In this document: in pieces, positions 36,758-46,888 of the stretch
Position numbering within the stretch: the stretch's first letter is position 1
Layout of the letters: each line of letters begins with the position of its first letter
From: an uncultured delta proteobacterium
Lineage (GTDB): Bacteria > Myxococcota_A > UBA9160 > SMWR01
NCBI GenBank assembly: GCA_963832165.1
Contig: CAWHTE010000011.1
Coordinates: forward strand, 608,001-672,000
Length of the DNA: 64,000 nt
Reading direction: 5' to 3'
The notes under the pieces: generated by a model
The model's input: only the letters and a program-made list of their open reading frames with translations
What the model was told of the DNA's origin: nothing
The model's database searches: none
Translations under genes and position numbers: made by a program

Positions 36758-37504
36758 ATGCAACATTTTGTCTCGAAACTCTCAGGGGCCCTAGGAGCCG
36801 GAGTCTTGAACACCTCCTCCGGCCGACCGCGCGGTGGTCGGCAGCGCAATGCGAAGATCGAGCCGGTTGCCGACGAGCGCCGGGGTCGCCCCCGCCAGGG
36901 CAGAGCCGTGGCGCGCAACCTTCCTCGCGACGAGGAGATAATCAAGATCGCGGCCGAGATCTTCTATCGACAGGGGTTCGAGGGCACGAAGCTCGACGAC
37001 ATCGCGCGCGATGCGGGAATCGTCAAGGGAAGTCTCTACCACTACTTCGATTCGAAGGAGCAGATCTACGAGCGCCTCGTGAACAACGTCGTGGGCACAC
37101 TGAACGTGCAGGAGGAGATCGCCCGCGACATACCTGCCGATGAGCGCATGCTTCACATCTTGCGGGCGCGCCTCGCACAGACGACCTCCCATCCGACGGA
37201 AGTAGGGCTGATCTCGCGACAGCTCGTCCGCATGGAAGGGCCGGTCGGAGAGTGGGCTCGCAAGGTGCGACGCGAGAACTTCTCCGCGCTGCGCGAGTTG
37301 ATCGTGCAGGGGCAACGCGACGGTTGTTTTCGCGCAGGTGATCCGGACATCCTCGCGGCGACGATCATGGGGCTGCTCACGCAGGTCTGCGACTGGTACC
37401 GGCCCGGAGGGCGAGTGAACCGGGAGTCGCTGATCGAAGAGATGGCCGAGTTCGTGGTCGGCGCCTTGCGCGTAGCGCCGGCGAAACGCAGGGGAGGTCG
37501 CTGA
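36758..37504 (+). CDS. TetR/AcrR family regulator, paralog of 35021 (true start probably downstream)
   Basis: GFEGTKLDDIARDAGIVKGSLYHYFDSKE; WYRPGG. Confidence 0.88.
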   Translation: MQHFVSKLSGALGAGVLNTSSGRPRGGRQRNAKIEPVADERRGRPRQGRAVARNLPRDEEIIKIAAEIFYRQGFEGTKLDDIARDAGIVKGSLYHYFDSKEQIYERLVNNVVGTLNVQEEIARDIPADERMLHILRARLAQTTSHPTEVGLISRQLVRMEGPVGEWARKVRRENFSALRELIVQGQRDGCFRAGDPDILAATIMGLLTQVCDWYRPGGRVNRESLIEEMAEFVVGALRVAPAKRRGGR

Positions 37505-37506
37505 CG

Positions 37507-38097
37507 ATGGATGCGCTCAGCGCGATAGAGACCTGTCGCGCGATCCGGCACCTGAAGCCCGACCCGATACCCGACGAGCTCCTACGCCAGCTCGTCTATT
37601 ACGCGACGCGCGCGTCGAGTCCCGGAAACAGCCAGGGCTGGGAGTTCGTCATCGTGCGCGACCGCCTAAAAAAGGAGCGCATCGCGGCTGCGATCCGGGC
37701 GGGTAGCCCGGGTGCGCCCGATACGAGCCGCGCCGACGCGGTCACGCGGCGGATGATCCGGGGCGCCATGCATCTGATCGATCGCTTCGCGGAGATGCCG
37801 GCGATCGTGTTCGTGTGCGGGCGCAACGCGTATCCACCCGACGCGCCGCTCAAGCGCTTTGTGTGGTCGACGGTGTATCCCGCCGCGCAGAACCTGATCG
37901 TCGCCGCACGCGCGCTGGGCCTTGGCAGCGCGTTCACGACACTGCACGAGTTCGCGGAACCCACGATCCGCGCGACACTGTCGATTCCCGAAAACGTGTT
38001 CCTCGGCGTCACGATTCCCGTCGGTTTCCCCGACCGCCCGTTCGGGCCGGTATCGCGGAGGCCGATCGACGACGTCCTTCACTGGGACCAGTGGTAG
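37507..38097 (+). CDS. Nitroreductase family protein
   Basis: RAIRHLKPDPIP, ASSPGNSQGWEF, AAQNLIVAARALGLG. Confidence 0.9.
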   Translation: MDALSAIETCRAIRHLKPDPIPDELLRQLVYYATRASSPGNSQGWEFVIVRDRLKKERIAAAIRAGSPGAPDTSRADAVTRRMIRGAMHLIDRFAEMPAIVFVCGRNAYPPDAPLKRFVWSTVYPAAQNLIVAARALGLGSAFTTLHEFAEPTIRATLSIPENVFLGVTIPVGFPDRPFGPVSRRPIDDVLHWDQW

Positions 38098-38130
38098 TTC
38101 CGCATGTCCCCCCGAGTTGGAGAGCCAGTC

Positions 38131-39075
38131 ATGCGAGCCGCCTATTGCGACAAGATGGGACTTCCCGATCCCCTCGACGGACTCGTGATCGGCGAACGCC
38201 CCGAGCCCGTCTCGCGTCCGGGTTGGGAGATCGTCGACCTTCGCAGCGCTTCGCTGAACCGCCATGACCTCTGGCTATTGAAGGGCGTGTCCGTGGTGCC
38301 CGTCACGCCGCCCGTGATCCTGGGCTGCGACGGCGCTGGGCGATCGCGAGCCGGCGAGGACGTCGTGATCTATCCGGTTCTCGCACACGGCGCCGACTTC
38401 TACATGCTCACCGATGGCGTGGACGGGATGTTCGCTCCGCGCGCCGCGGTGCCCTCGGAGAGCCTGGTCCGCAAGCCTGGGAATCTGACCTTCGACGAGG
38501 CCTCGTGTCTGCCCACCGCCTATCTCACTGCCTGGAGCTCGCTCGTCGGGAAGGCGCGCCTGCGCGCCGGCGAGCGGCTTCTGGTGCAAGGCGTGAGTGG
38601 TGGCCTCTCCAACGCGTGCATCGCGCTTGGCAAGGCGCTGGGCGCGCGTGTCACGGCGACTTCCTCGCGCATTGAAGGCCTCGATTTCGCGCGCTCGCTC
38701 GGTGCGGACGAGGCGATCTTGTCCGGGGAGACGCTCGAGAAGAAGGTCGACGTGGTGATCGACTCGGTCGGTGCCAAGACCTGGTCGCACTCGATCGGGT
38801 CGCTCGGGTACGGTGGCCGGATGGTCGTGCTCGGTGCCACCACGGGCATCGATGCCCCCGCCGAGATCCGCTTCATCTTCCGCAAGGATCTCACAGTGAT
38901 GGGTCACAAGATGGGTACGCTCGAAGAGTTCCGGACGCTCTGCACTTTCGTGGAGGAGCGCGATATCCATCCCGTGATCGCGCGCGTTTATGACAATCTC
39001 GACGGCGTGCGAGGTGCCCTGAAGACCATGGCGGAGGGAGGTTCGCTCGGGAAGCTCGTGGTTCGCTGCCGCTAG
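38131..39075 (+). CDS. Medium-chain (quinone oxidoreductase-like) dehydrogenase
   Basis: SLNRHDLW, ILGCDGAG, PTAYLTAW, QGVSGG, GKLVV. Confidence 0.88.
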   Translation: MRAAYCDKMGLPDPLDGLVIGERPEPVSRPGWEIVDLRSASLNRHDLWLLKGVSVVPVTPPVILGCDGAGRSRAGEDVVIYPVLAHGADFYMLTDGVDGMFAPRAAVPSESLVRKPGNLTFDEASCLPTAYLTAWSSLVGKARLRAGERLLVQGVSGGLSNACIALGKALGARVTATSSRIEGLDFARSLGADEAILSGETLEKKVDVVIDSVGAKTWSHSIGSLGYGGRMVVLGATTGIDAPAEIRFIFRKDLTVMGHKMGTLEEFRTLCTFVEERDIHPVIARVYDNLDGVRGALKTMAEGGSLGKLVVRCR

Positions 39076-41219
39076 TCCGGGCGCAGCGGCGGAGGGCGCA
39101 CACTCGCGCGCAGTCGCGCCGCCTCGTCGCTCTCGAACAACGGCAACAGCGGCGGTACGCGCTCGCCGCGCTCGGCCCGCCGGGCGATTAGCGCATAGCC
39201 GTCCACGACGGGGTCGCGGATGCCGAGCCGTGCGAGCGCCTCGGCATGTCGGAGCGCCTCGCGTGTCCGCTCGAGGTGGAGGAGATCGAAGATTCGCCGC
39301 CTGTGTGCGCTGACGGCGCGCGGCCACTGACCGGTGATCCGCTCCTCCGTGGTGATGCCGTCGGCGTAGAGTCCGAGCGCCGCCTGCAGCGACCCGAGCT
39401 GTTCGAGCGCGGCAAACCGAGTCGCGGGATCGGCGTCTCCGATCCGAGTGACGAGCGCCGGGTAGTCCTCGGGCGCGATTCCGTGCGCGAGCGCCCACTC
39501 GGGTCGCTCGCGGAGCACGAGCGCCGGGTCGAAGCCGCGTCGGCGATCGAATGCGATGCCCCGGCTCGCATAGTAGGCGGCTACGCGGTCGAGGTTCTCG
39601 CCGCCTGCGTCCTCGCGACGCACGTATACGGCACTGTCGACGCTGCGGAACGCAAGGACCCAATCCTCTGTGTCGTCGAGCAGCGCCGTCGTGTAGCGCG
39701 CGGGTAGACGCGGGTCGCGCCGCTCGGGGAGTCCTGTTCCGAGGAACAGGTCCACTTCCGCGCCGCGCAGAACGTCGAGAAAGCTGCGGCCGGATCCCGT
39801 GGAGCGTCCGCGCGCCACGGACTCGTACTCCTCGAGCAGGCGCACCGGAGGGAAGTTGAGCGTACCGTTCACGAAGGTCTGGATCCGCGGGGCCAGCCAG
39901 AAGCCCAGGAAGCCACCCATGTAGTAGTTGGCGAAGAGATGCCCGGATAGATCGGCATCCGAGAGGAACCAGACCGCGTGCGCGTGATACTTCCGCGCTG
40001 CATACGGCATGGTGAGGTAGCTCTCCATGTCGTCGGGTACACCGAGCGCGCTGGGACGGAGCCGTCCCGCACTCGGCGCAGCGCAGAGCAGCAGCAGAGT
40101 CGCGACAGCGGACCCCCAGCGCAGTGCGAGATGTCGCGGCGTGCGAGCCGCGCCGCCTTGCGACGCGAGGCACAGCCAGAGGAGCGCGGGAAACACGCCC
40201 AACCAGTGGAGCCGGATCGCGAGCAGCATCGCGGCGATCGCCGCCACGGCGAGGGCGAGACGAACCGGGACGTCGTGCGTCGCCCATCGCAGCATGCGGT
40301 CGCGTGCCGATGGGCGCGCCCACGCCGTCGCGGCTGCGAGCGCCGCGACGGCGACGCTGACGGCCAGCAGGTTCGCGATTCCCCACGCGAGCGGACCCAT
40401 CCGCATAGCGGGGGACGGGAGCGAGAACGGATCGAACGCCGACCATTCATCGAGCACGAGCGGAAGGCGCGGCTCGAAGAACGCCGTGAACGGCGCCAGG
40501 TGCTGGCGGATACCGACTGGGTTCAGGAGTGCAACCGCCAGCCCGGCCGCGAGGACCGCGGCGATTCGCGTCGCGCGCGCGCGGCTGGCCTCGCACGCGG
40601 CGTTCGCGCCGGCGCGATCCTCGATCCGCGCGCGCACGACGATGCCGAGCGTTCCCGCCGCGACGAGGATCGGCCCGAGCAGGAATCCCGCGTGGGCGTT
40701 TGCATTGAGCGCGATCAGCGCGATCGCTGTGCCGACGCGCGCGCGCGTCGGCGCGACGGGCGGCGCGAACAGCAGCGCAAACAGCGCTAGTGCCACGAAT
40801 ATCGTAATCAGCTCGGGGCGCAGCTGGATCAGGCGGTACCACGACAACGCCAGGAAGCACGCCGTGGCGAGCGCGGTGAGAGGCAGATCGGACCGGCTTT
40901 CACGCCAGGCCAGCCAGGCGACCAGCACGGTGATGCCGAGCACGAGTCCCACGTGAAGCGCTCGCAGGCCCTGGAACCCCGCCGCGGTCCACACGCCATG
41001 GAGAGCGACGTCGAACAGCCACGAGGCGGGAGCGGGTGGGCTCAGCGTCGTGTGCAGCAGCGGATCGGATCCGAGCCATGGCCCGAGCTGCGCGTAGTTC
41101 CTGCCGAGCGCGAGGTGCCACCAGAAGTCGTCCGTCTCGAGTGGGCGCCCCGCGACGACCAGGACGAGCAGCGTCCAGGCGAACAGCGCGACGGCCACGA
41201 TCACCGCCGACGCGCGCAT
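39072..41219 (-). CDS. Polytopic membrane protein (GT-C-like) with C-terminal TPR-like region
   Basis: TDDFWWHLALG, RPEL, NAHAGF, EW loop motifs; many TM segments. Confidence 0.7.
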   Translation of the reverse strand: MRASAVIVAVALFAWTLLVLVVAGRPLETDDFWWHLALGRNYAQLGPWLGSDPLLHTTLSPPAPASWLFDVALHGVWTAAGFQGLRALHVGLVLGITVLVAWLAWRESRSDLPLTALATACFLALSWYRLIQLRPELITIFVALALFALLFAPPVAPTRARVGTAIALIALNANAHAGFLLGPILVAAGTLGIVVRARIEDRAGANAACEASRARATRIAAVLAAGLAVALLNPVGIRQHLAPFTAFFEPRLPLVLDEWSAFDPFSLPSPAMRMGPLAWGIANLLAVSVAVAALAAATAWARPSARDRMLRWATHDVPVRLALAVAAIAAMLLAIRLHWLGVFPALLWLCLASQGGAARTPRHLALRWGSAVATLLLLCAAPSAGRLRPSALGVPDDMESYLTMPYAARKYHAHAVWFLSDADLSGHLFANYYMGGFLGFWLAPRIQTFVNGTLNFPPVRLLEEYESVARGRSTGSGRSFLDVLRGAEVDLFLGTGLPERRDPRLPARYTTALLDDTEDWVLAFRSVDSAVYVRREDAGGENLDRVAAYYASRGIAFDRRRGFDPALVLRERPEWALAHGIAPEDYPALVTRIGDADPATRFAALEQLGSLQAALGLYADGITTEERITGQWPRAVSAHRRRIFDLLHLERTREALRHAEALARLGIRDPVVDGYALIARRAERGERVPPLLPLFESDEAARLRASVRPPPLRPD

Positions 41220-41235
41220 GCGATCCTAATGCTCG

Positions 41236-42039
41236 TCAGGACGGACTCGGTTCGTCCGCCGGAATACACGCTTGCAGGATCTCGCGCAGGCCCTGCTCGA
41301 CGGCGGGGTCGTCGCTCAGCGCATCGACTATCGCGGCCTGCGCTGCCTCGCGCACCCAGAGCCCCGCCGCCACGAGCTTGCCCGCGGCCACGAGCAGCCG
41401 CGTGGATGCGACCTCGCGCAGCAGACTCGCGTCGAGCCTGCGAATGGCTCGGGCGAGAGCGACGAGCTGGGTGCTCCTGGTGCGATCGATCCCGGTCTCG
41501 CTCCGGACGATCTCGATTTCGATCTCTTCGGGCGGAAAGTCGAACTCGATCGCGACGAGGCGCTGGCGCGTCGAATCCTTGAGCTCCTTGAGCACGCTCT
41601 GGTAGCCCGGGTTGTACGAGAGCACCAGGCCGAATCCCGGTGCCGCATCGAGCGTGACTCCGAGCCGTTCGATCGGGAGCTGTCGGCGGTGATCGGAGAG
41701 AGGGTGCAGCACGACGACGGTGTCCTGACGCGCCTCAACCACCTCGTCGAGGTAGCAGAGGGCCCCCTCTCTCACCGCCCGCGTGAGCGGCCCGTCTTCC
41801 CATACCGTCTCTCCGCCTTTCAACAGGAAGCGGCCGACGAGATCGGCTGCGGAGAGATCCTCGTGACACGCTACCGTGATCAAAGGCCGGCCGAGGTCGT
41901 GTGCCATCGCCTCGAGGAAACGCGTCTTGCCGCAACCAGTGGGCCCCTTGAGCACCACGGCGAGACGCGAGAGCATCGCCGCTTTGAACACCCGGTCCTC
42001 GTTGCGCACCGTCACGTAGTACGGCCGCGATCTCGCCAT
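41236..42039 (-). CDS. CbbQ/NirQ/NorQ family MoxR AAA+ ATPase
   Basis: LKGPTGCGKTRF, CHEDLSAADLVGRFL, YLDEVVEARQD, SYNPGYQ, STRLL. Confidence 0.93.
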   Translation of the reverse strand: MARSRPYYVTVRNEDRVFKAAMLSRLAVVLKGPTGCGKTRFLEAMAHDLGRPLITVACHEDLSAADLVGRFLLKGGETVWEDGPLTRAVREGALCYLDEVVEARQDTVVVLHPLSDHRRQLPIERLGVTLDAAPGFGLVLSYNPGYQSVLKELKDSTRQRLVAIEFDFPPEEIEIEIVRSETGIDRTRSTQLVALARAIRRLDASLLREVASTRLLVAAGKLVAAGLWVREAAQAAIVDALSDDPAVEQGLREILQACIPADEPSPS

Positions 42040-42049
42040 CGATCTCTCC

Positions 42050-43726
42050 TTACGCCGCGGCCCGCCCCCCGCGCACCTCGGCGAGCGCGTGGCGCAGCAG
42101 GACGGGCAGGCGATCCACCAGCTCGGAGAAGGAGACCGCGCTGGCATGAGCTGCGGTGCCGAACACACGCCGCAGCGCGGCGTCGCTCTCCGACGAGCCC
42201 AGGCTCAGACACAGACACGCCACGCCACGCGCACGCGCTTCCTCGAGCGCGCGGCGCGCGTCCGCCTCGGCGTACACACCCTCGTAGTCGATGTCGAACG
42301 CGAAGCCGTCGGACAGCACGAGGAGCAGGCGCTCCCGGGTCCCGGCCTCGTCGAACAGCACCGAGGAGGCATGCCTCACGGCAGCACCGAGCCGCGTGAA
42401 TCCCTCACTGCGCACCTTCAGCAGCCGCTCGATTCCCGCGGCCGGCGAATGCTCCAGGAACGAGAGCAGCCGCTCGAGGCACACCCAGCTGCGGCCATGG
42501 GATCGGAACGCATACGCTGCGACGGCTACTCCGAGCGACGAGAAGGCCCGGATCAGCCGCGCAGCGGCGTCGATCTGGAGTGCGAGGACCGGCACTCCGG
42601 AAGACGAAGGATCCGACGTGGAACCCGATACGTCGAGCAGCAGCAGCACACCAAAGTTGCGGGCGCGACGCCGTAGGCCAACATAGACGTGCTCCTCGGC
42701 CGTTGCGGCTGCGCGCGCCCTCACGTCCACGATCCGCGAGACGACGGCGTCGAGATCGAGGTCGTCGCCGTCGCGCTGTCGCCGTTCGCGCCGCAGCGAC
42801 AGGCCGACGCGTACTAGTCGGCGCTGCAGGCCCGCATCGGCCACGTTCAGCTCGCCGATTCCCGCGCGGTCGCTCGGGGCGATCTCGTAGACCGTGCACC
42901 AGTCGGGACGGTAGGTCGCGCGGCGCACGTCGTACTCGGGATGGCGAGCGGCTCGCGTCGGCACGGGTGCGTCGGGCGGCGCACGATGGCTCGCGAACGA
43001 TAGGAACGCGGCCGGGCGCCGGCCGGGCCCCGGCGCGCCTGCGCGCGCGTCTCCGGGCAGGAACGGATGGCCCCCCGTCTCGGCACCCGGGCTCGTCGAG
43101 CCGGCACCGCGCTCGAGGCCGAGCAGTCTTCGCGTCCACTCGGCGAGCGCGCCGTCGACGAGTCCGGATCGGCGGCCCTTGCGCTCCGCCGCGTCGCCGT
43201 CGGTGCGGAACTCGAGCGCCGGCGGAGGCGTCTCCGGCGCGAACCGTTTCAACGCGCCGAGGTCGAGCGATCCGAACAGCGCGTCGTCGCTGGGTACCGG
43301 ATGTCGGCTGCGCGTCCAGTCCAGCGATGCCGCGGCCGAATCGGTCACGGGCCGCACTGCGACGCGCGAGTCGATCTGTGCACGAAGCCCGGGGAAGCGC
43401 CGCTGCAGCTCGCGGCACACGCGATGGCCTTCGAGCGCGAGATAGCGCGGGGCGTCGCGGCGCCGGAGCTGTCGCAAGATCTCCGGAGCGAGGGATCCCG
43501 AGCCGATCAACGCGGCCTGGACGGCCACGACCGCGCGAAGTGCGTCGGGCGCGAGCGAGTCCGGAGCGAATACCACCGCCCCATCGGTGAATGCGCGGGG
43601 CAAGCGCTCGACGAACTCGACGGTCATGCGGCGACCGGCGATCGCAGTCGCCAGGGGACCGAAGCTGCGGCCGGTGTCCACCTCCACGTCGGAGACGCTA
43701 CCAAAGCTCGCCTCGAGGCGGGTCAA
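42050..43726 (-). CDS. NorD/CbbO-like VWA-domain protein
   Basis: PEYD...YRPDWCTVYE, DGDDLDLDA, MIDAS DVSGS, TRLGAAVRHA, LLVLSDG; TTG start overlaps upstream stop. Confidence 0.88.
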   Translation of the reverse strand: MTRLEASFGSVSDVEVDTGRSFGPLATAIAGRRMTVEFVERLPRAFTDGAVVFAPDSLAPDALRAVVAVQAALIGSGSLAPEILRQLRRRDAPRYLALEGHRVCRELQRRFPGLRAQIDSRVAVRPVTDSAAASLDWTRSRHPVPSDDALFGSLDLGALKRFAPETPPPALEFRTDGDAAERKGRRSGLVDGALAEWTRRLLGLERGAGSTSPGAETGGHPFLPGDARAGAPGPGRRPAAFLSFASHRAPPDAPVPTRAARHPEYDVRRATYRPDWCTVYEIAPSDRAGIGELNVADAGLQRRLVRVGLSLRRERRQRDGDDLDLDAVVSRIVDVRARAAATAEEHVYVGLRRRARNFGVLLLLDVSGSTSDPSSSGVPVLALQIDAAARLIRAFSSLGVAVAAYAFRSHGRSWVCLERLLSFLEHSPAAGIERLLKVRSEGFTRLGAAVRHASSVLFDEAGTRERLLLVLSDGFAFDIDYEGVYAEADARRALEEARARGVACLCLSLGSSESDAALRRVFGTAAHASAVSFSELVDRLPVLLRHALAEVRGGRAAA

Positions 43727-44607
43727 GGCAGCGCTGCGAGGTGCCGCGATACGTCTCCGATCAGGTCCATCGCGATCTCGCGCTCCTCGAACTGCCACCC
43801 GTGCGCGCCGAGCTCGAAGCGGTCCAGGTAACGGCCCACTACGATCGCCTGCAGCGGGAAGTCTGGCAGGCACTGGAACACCGTGAAAGTGGTTCGGGTC
43901 TCGGCGCGCTCGCCGTCGGACGCCAGCGTCACAATCGTGTTCGTGTTCACGTGGCGCGTGCCTGGAGTGCCGTCGTAGAAGCGCATCGACTTCGAAACGA
44001 GCTCGCGTACCGCGGCCGACCCGTTCGCCGCCGTGTCGGTGCCCGCGACACGCAACGCGCCGCTCGCGAAGAGCTGCGCGAAGCCATCGACGTCACCCGA
44101 ATCCAGTAGCTCCGCGTAGCGGTAGATCAGGGTGCGGATCGATTCGACGTCGCGCGATCGGTCCCCAGCGTCGATGCGCCGCAGGCGGAACACTGGAATC
44201 GCCGGGCGGCTCGTGCGCTGCTCGTACGTCGAGAACCGCTCGACTCGGCGCTTTCCTTGTTCCCAGAGGCTGCCGCGTTCGGGTTCCGGCACGAGCGTGG
44301 CGCGCACGCGAAAGCGCTCGGCGCCGATCTGTACTTCGGCCTCGCGATGCGCCCGCAGGTTGTGATACCACGCGGGATTGCGGTCCGACGCGTTGTCGGT
44401 CGCGAAGATCACCCAATCCTCGCCATGACGCAGGTAGATCAGCGGGGTCGTGCGCGGCTCGCTCGACCGGGCCCCGCGCGTGGTGAGCAGCATCGTGTCG
44501 GCGCCGAGCGTGCGGCCTCCGATTCGTCCGCGCGTCAACTGATAAGCGGTTCGCTGAGCGACGATGAAGCTCCGCAACAGCGGGTTGGCGTACGAACCGG
44601 AGCTCAC
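43723..44607 (-). CDS. Ddn/FDOR-A (deazaflavin-dependent) domain fused to a SnoaL/NTF2-like domain
   Basis: LLTTRGARS..PRTTPL, PAWYHNLRA, YEQRT.R.IPVFRL; then LIYRYAELLDSGD...TRHVNTN...GRYLDRF. Confidence 0.85.
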   Translation of the reverse strand: MSSGSYANPLLRSFIVAQRTAYQLTRGRIGGRTLGADTMLLTTRGARSSEPRTTPLIYLRHGEDWVIFATDNASDRNPAWYHNLRAHREAEVQIGAERFRVRATLVPEPERGSLWEQGKRRVERFSTYEQRTSRPAIPVFRLRRIDAGDRSRDVESIRTLIYRYAELLDSGDVDGFAQLFASGALRVAGTDTAANGSAAVRELVSKSMRFYDGTPGTRHVNTNTIVTLASDGERAETRTTFTVFQCLPDFPLQAIVVGRYLDRFELGAHGWQFEEREIAMDLIGDVSRHLAALP

Positions 44608-44614
44608 GTCGGCC

Positions 44615-45751
44615 TCATCGGCTGCCGGCGCCCGTAGAATCGCAGGAGAGCTGCTGGACCGCGGCGTCTAGCAGGGCCCCGCTATCCGCCGCGCGTGCGG
44701 GGTCCGCCATCGCCGTGACGTCCATGAGCGTCACGTGATCGAGTCCTGCCGCGCGATACTGCTCGATGATCGCGACGAGATCGTCCGGCGTGCCATGGAA
44801 GAGTACCTGTTGCACGAGCTCGTCAGGGACGCGATCGATGAGCGTCAGCAGCTCCTCCGTGGTGTGATCGCTCGCGAGAAGCTCTCGGATGCCGGTCCAA
44901 TGGGTCCCTTTCGGGTGCTCGTATCCAGCTCGCTCGAACGTTCCGGCGGGTTGCAGGAAGACCAGGTATTTCAGGATCGGATTGCGCAGCAGCTCGATGC
45001 ACGCGTCGGCGCGATCGGCCAGCACGCAGTAATGCACGAGGGAGTAGGTCAACGACGCCGGGTCGCGCCCCGCTTCGACGGCCGCCTTGTGGATGATTGC
45101 GACGGATCGTGCGTACTCGGCAGGGGTCAGGTACCAGGGGGACCAGCCGTCGCCGAAGCGACCCGTGAGCTGCAGCGTACGAGGTCCGTTCGCCGCGATC
45201 CAAATCGGCGGGTAACGACCCGGCGTGAACGGGCCGAGGCCGCACGCAGCGTCGCGCAGCTGGAAGAATTCGCCCTCGTAGTCGACGCAGCCGTCGGACT
45301 CCCAGAGCAGGCGAATCACCTCGAGCGCCTCCTCGAGCCGCGACACGGGCTTCGCGTAGGGAAGTCCGTACGGAGTCAGGTTCTCCGGCTCACCCGAACC
45401 AATGCCAAGGATGGCGCGCCCGCGTGTCAGGTGATCGAGCGTGAGCCATTCCTGAGCGAGCATCGCGGGGTGACGCCGGATCGACTCCGTGACGCCGGTA
45501 CCCAGGCGGATGCGATCGGTGTGCACGCCCGCCGCGGCTATACACGCTACGGTGTCGAAGAACATGTGGGGACTGTTCGCGAGCGCGGCCGCGGGCGTGA
45601 CTTCCGGGGTCCAGAGGGCGTCGGGGAGTCCCATCAGGTGATCGGCCCAGAGCAGGGCGTCGTACCCGCGGCGTTCGTAGGAGCGGCAAGTCTCGAGAAA
45701 GCTCTCGGCCGGCAGGAATGCAGGCCCGATCGCTGCGACCGGTATCGACAT
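44615..45751 (-). CDS. LLM-class oxidoreductase, probably F420-dependent
   Basis: WADHL, GTGVTESIRRHPAMLAQ, GIGSGEPENLTPYG, GRFGDGW. Confidence 0.85.
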   Translation of the reverse strand: MSIPVAAIGPAFLPAESFLETCRSYERRGYDALLWADHLMGLPDALWTPEVTPAAALANSPHMFFDTVACIAAAGVHTDRIRLGTGVTESIRRHPAMLAQEWLTLDHLTRGRAILGIGSGEPENLTPYGLPYAKPVSRLEEALEVIRLLWESDGCVDYEGEFFQLRDAACGLGPFTPGRYPPIWIAANGPRTLQLTGRFGDGWSPWYLTPAEYARSVAIIHKAAVEAGRDPASLTYSLVHYCVLADRADACIELLRNPILKYLVFLQPAGTFERAGYEHPKGTHWTGIRELLASDHTTEELLTLIDRVPDELVQQVLFHGTPDDLVAIIEQYRAAGLDHVTLMDVTAMADPARAADSGALLDAAVQQLSCDSTGAGSR

Positions 45752-45895
45752 CGGCACCTCCGGCCATGGCGACGCCACCGTGACCGTGTCATTATGTACT
45801 CATCTGTACAATAAAGGCAATCGCTTTCACCGGCTTTCGTGCCGGGTGATCGCGTGGCCACTGATCCCGACCCGGGCCACCGAGGAGCCGAGACC

Positions 45896-46888
45896 GTGTC
45901 CAGACGACGTTCCTCGCAGAGCGAAATCGCCGAGACGATCGACCGATTGGCGATCCTCGATCTGTGTGCGCGCTACACCCATTCGGGCAACGCGCGCGAC
46001 GCCGGTGGTCATTCCGGCACGTTCACGAGCGACGGCGTGCTCGAGACGATCGACGAGAACGGTAAGCCGATCGAAGGATGGGTGATGCGCGGCCCCGCGG
46101 CGGTGGCGGATCTGGTGCGCCGTTCACCGCCCGGGTCGGTCGAGATCACCGGTGATCCGATCATCGAGATCGATGGCGACAGCGCCTCCGGCAGGTCGTC
46201 GTTCCTGTTCGGGATGCGCTCGCCGGATCGCAATCAATTCCGTTTCGTCACTACGGGTCGCTACCGCGACCAGTTCCGTCGCACCGAGGCCGGCTGGCGA
46301 ATCGCCCGCCGCACGGTGGAGCTCGACATCGGGATCGACCGCTTCATCGAGGCGATCTCGTCCACCGTGGATCCGGCGGCATCGGCGGTCATGCGCGATC
46401 CCGACGTTCAGAGACTTCTCGACATCGAGGACATCAAGCAGCTCAAGGCTCGCTACTTCCGCTGCATCGATCGCAAGCTCTGGTCGGAGTGGCACACGAT
46501 CTTCGCGCCCGACGCGGTCACGCGCGGACAGGGCTTCGAGATCCGCGGGCTCGAGACCCTGGTCGCGTTCACGAAGGATCGGGTCGACGACGCCGTCACT
46601 GTACACCACGGCCATCAGGTCGAGATCTGGTTCGACGATGATCGCCACGCGCGCGCGATCTGGGCGATGCAGGACATCGTGCAGTTCGACACCGGCGCGG
46701 AGCCCCAGGGTTTTCGCGGTTATGGGCACTACGAGGACTCTTACGTGAAGCTCGACGTGGGCTGGCGGATTACGTCGTGCGAGCTCGTGAGACACCTCAC
46801 CCACAAGCTTCCGGGCGGATATCCCGCTCACTGGCTCGAGAAGAAGCCGGGAGCGTACAGCGAACCGACCCAGTCCGTTACGCGTTAG
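45896..46888 (+). CDS. Tandem SnoaL/NTF2-like domain protein
   Basis: Two NTF2 modules (DRLAILDLCARY...GRYRD; DIEDIKQLKARYFRCID...HHGH...GYGHYED). Confidence 0.85.
   Translation: MSRRRSSQSEIAETIDRLAILDLCARYTHSGNARDAGGHSGTFTSDGVLETIDENGKPIEGWVMRGPAAVADLVRRSPPGSVEITGDPIIEIDGDSASGRSSFLFGMRSPDRNQFRFVTTGRYRDQFRRTEAGWRIARRTVELDIGIDRFIEAISSTVDPAASAVMRDPDVQRLLDIEDIKQLKARYFRCIDRKLWSEWHTIFAPDAVTRGQGFEIRGLETLVAFTKDRVDDAVTVHHGHQVEIWFDDDRHARAIWAMQDIVQFDTGAEPQGFRGYGHYEDSYVKLDVGWRITSCELVRHLTHKLPGGYPAHWLEKKPGAYSEPTQSVTR

Noticed and set aside
41236..43726. Denitrification or carbon-fixation locus
   Set aside because: No norCB, nirS or RuBisCO genes in the window
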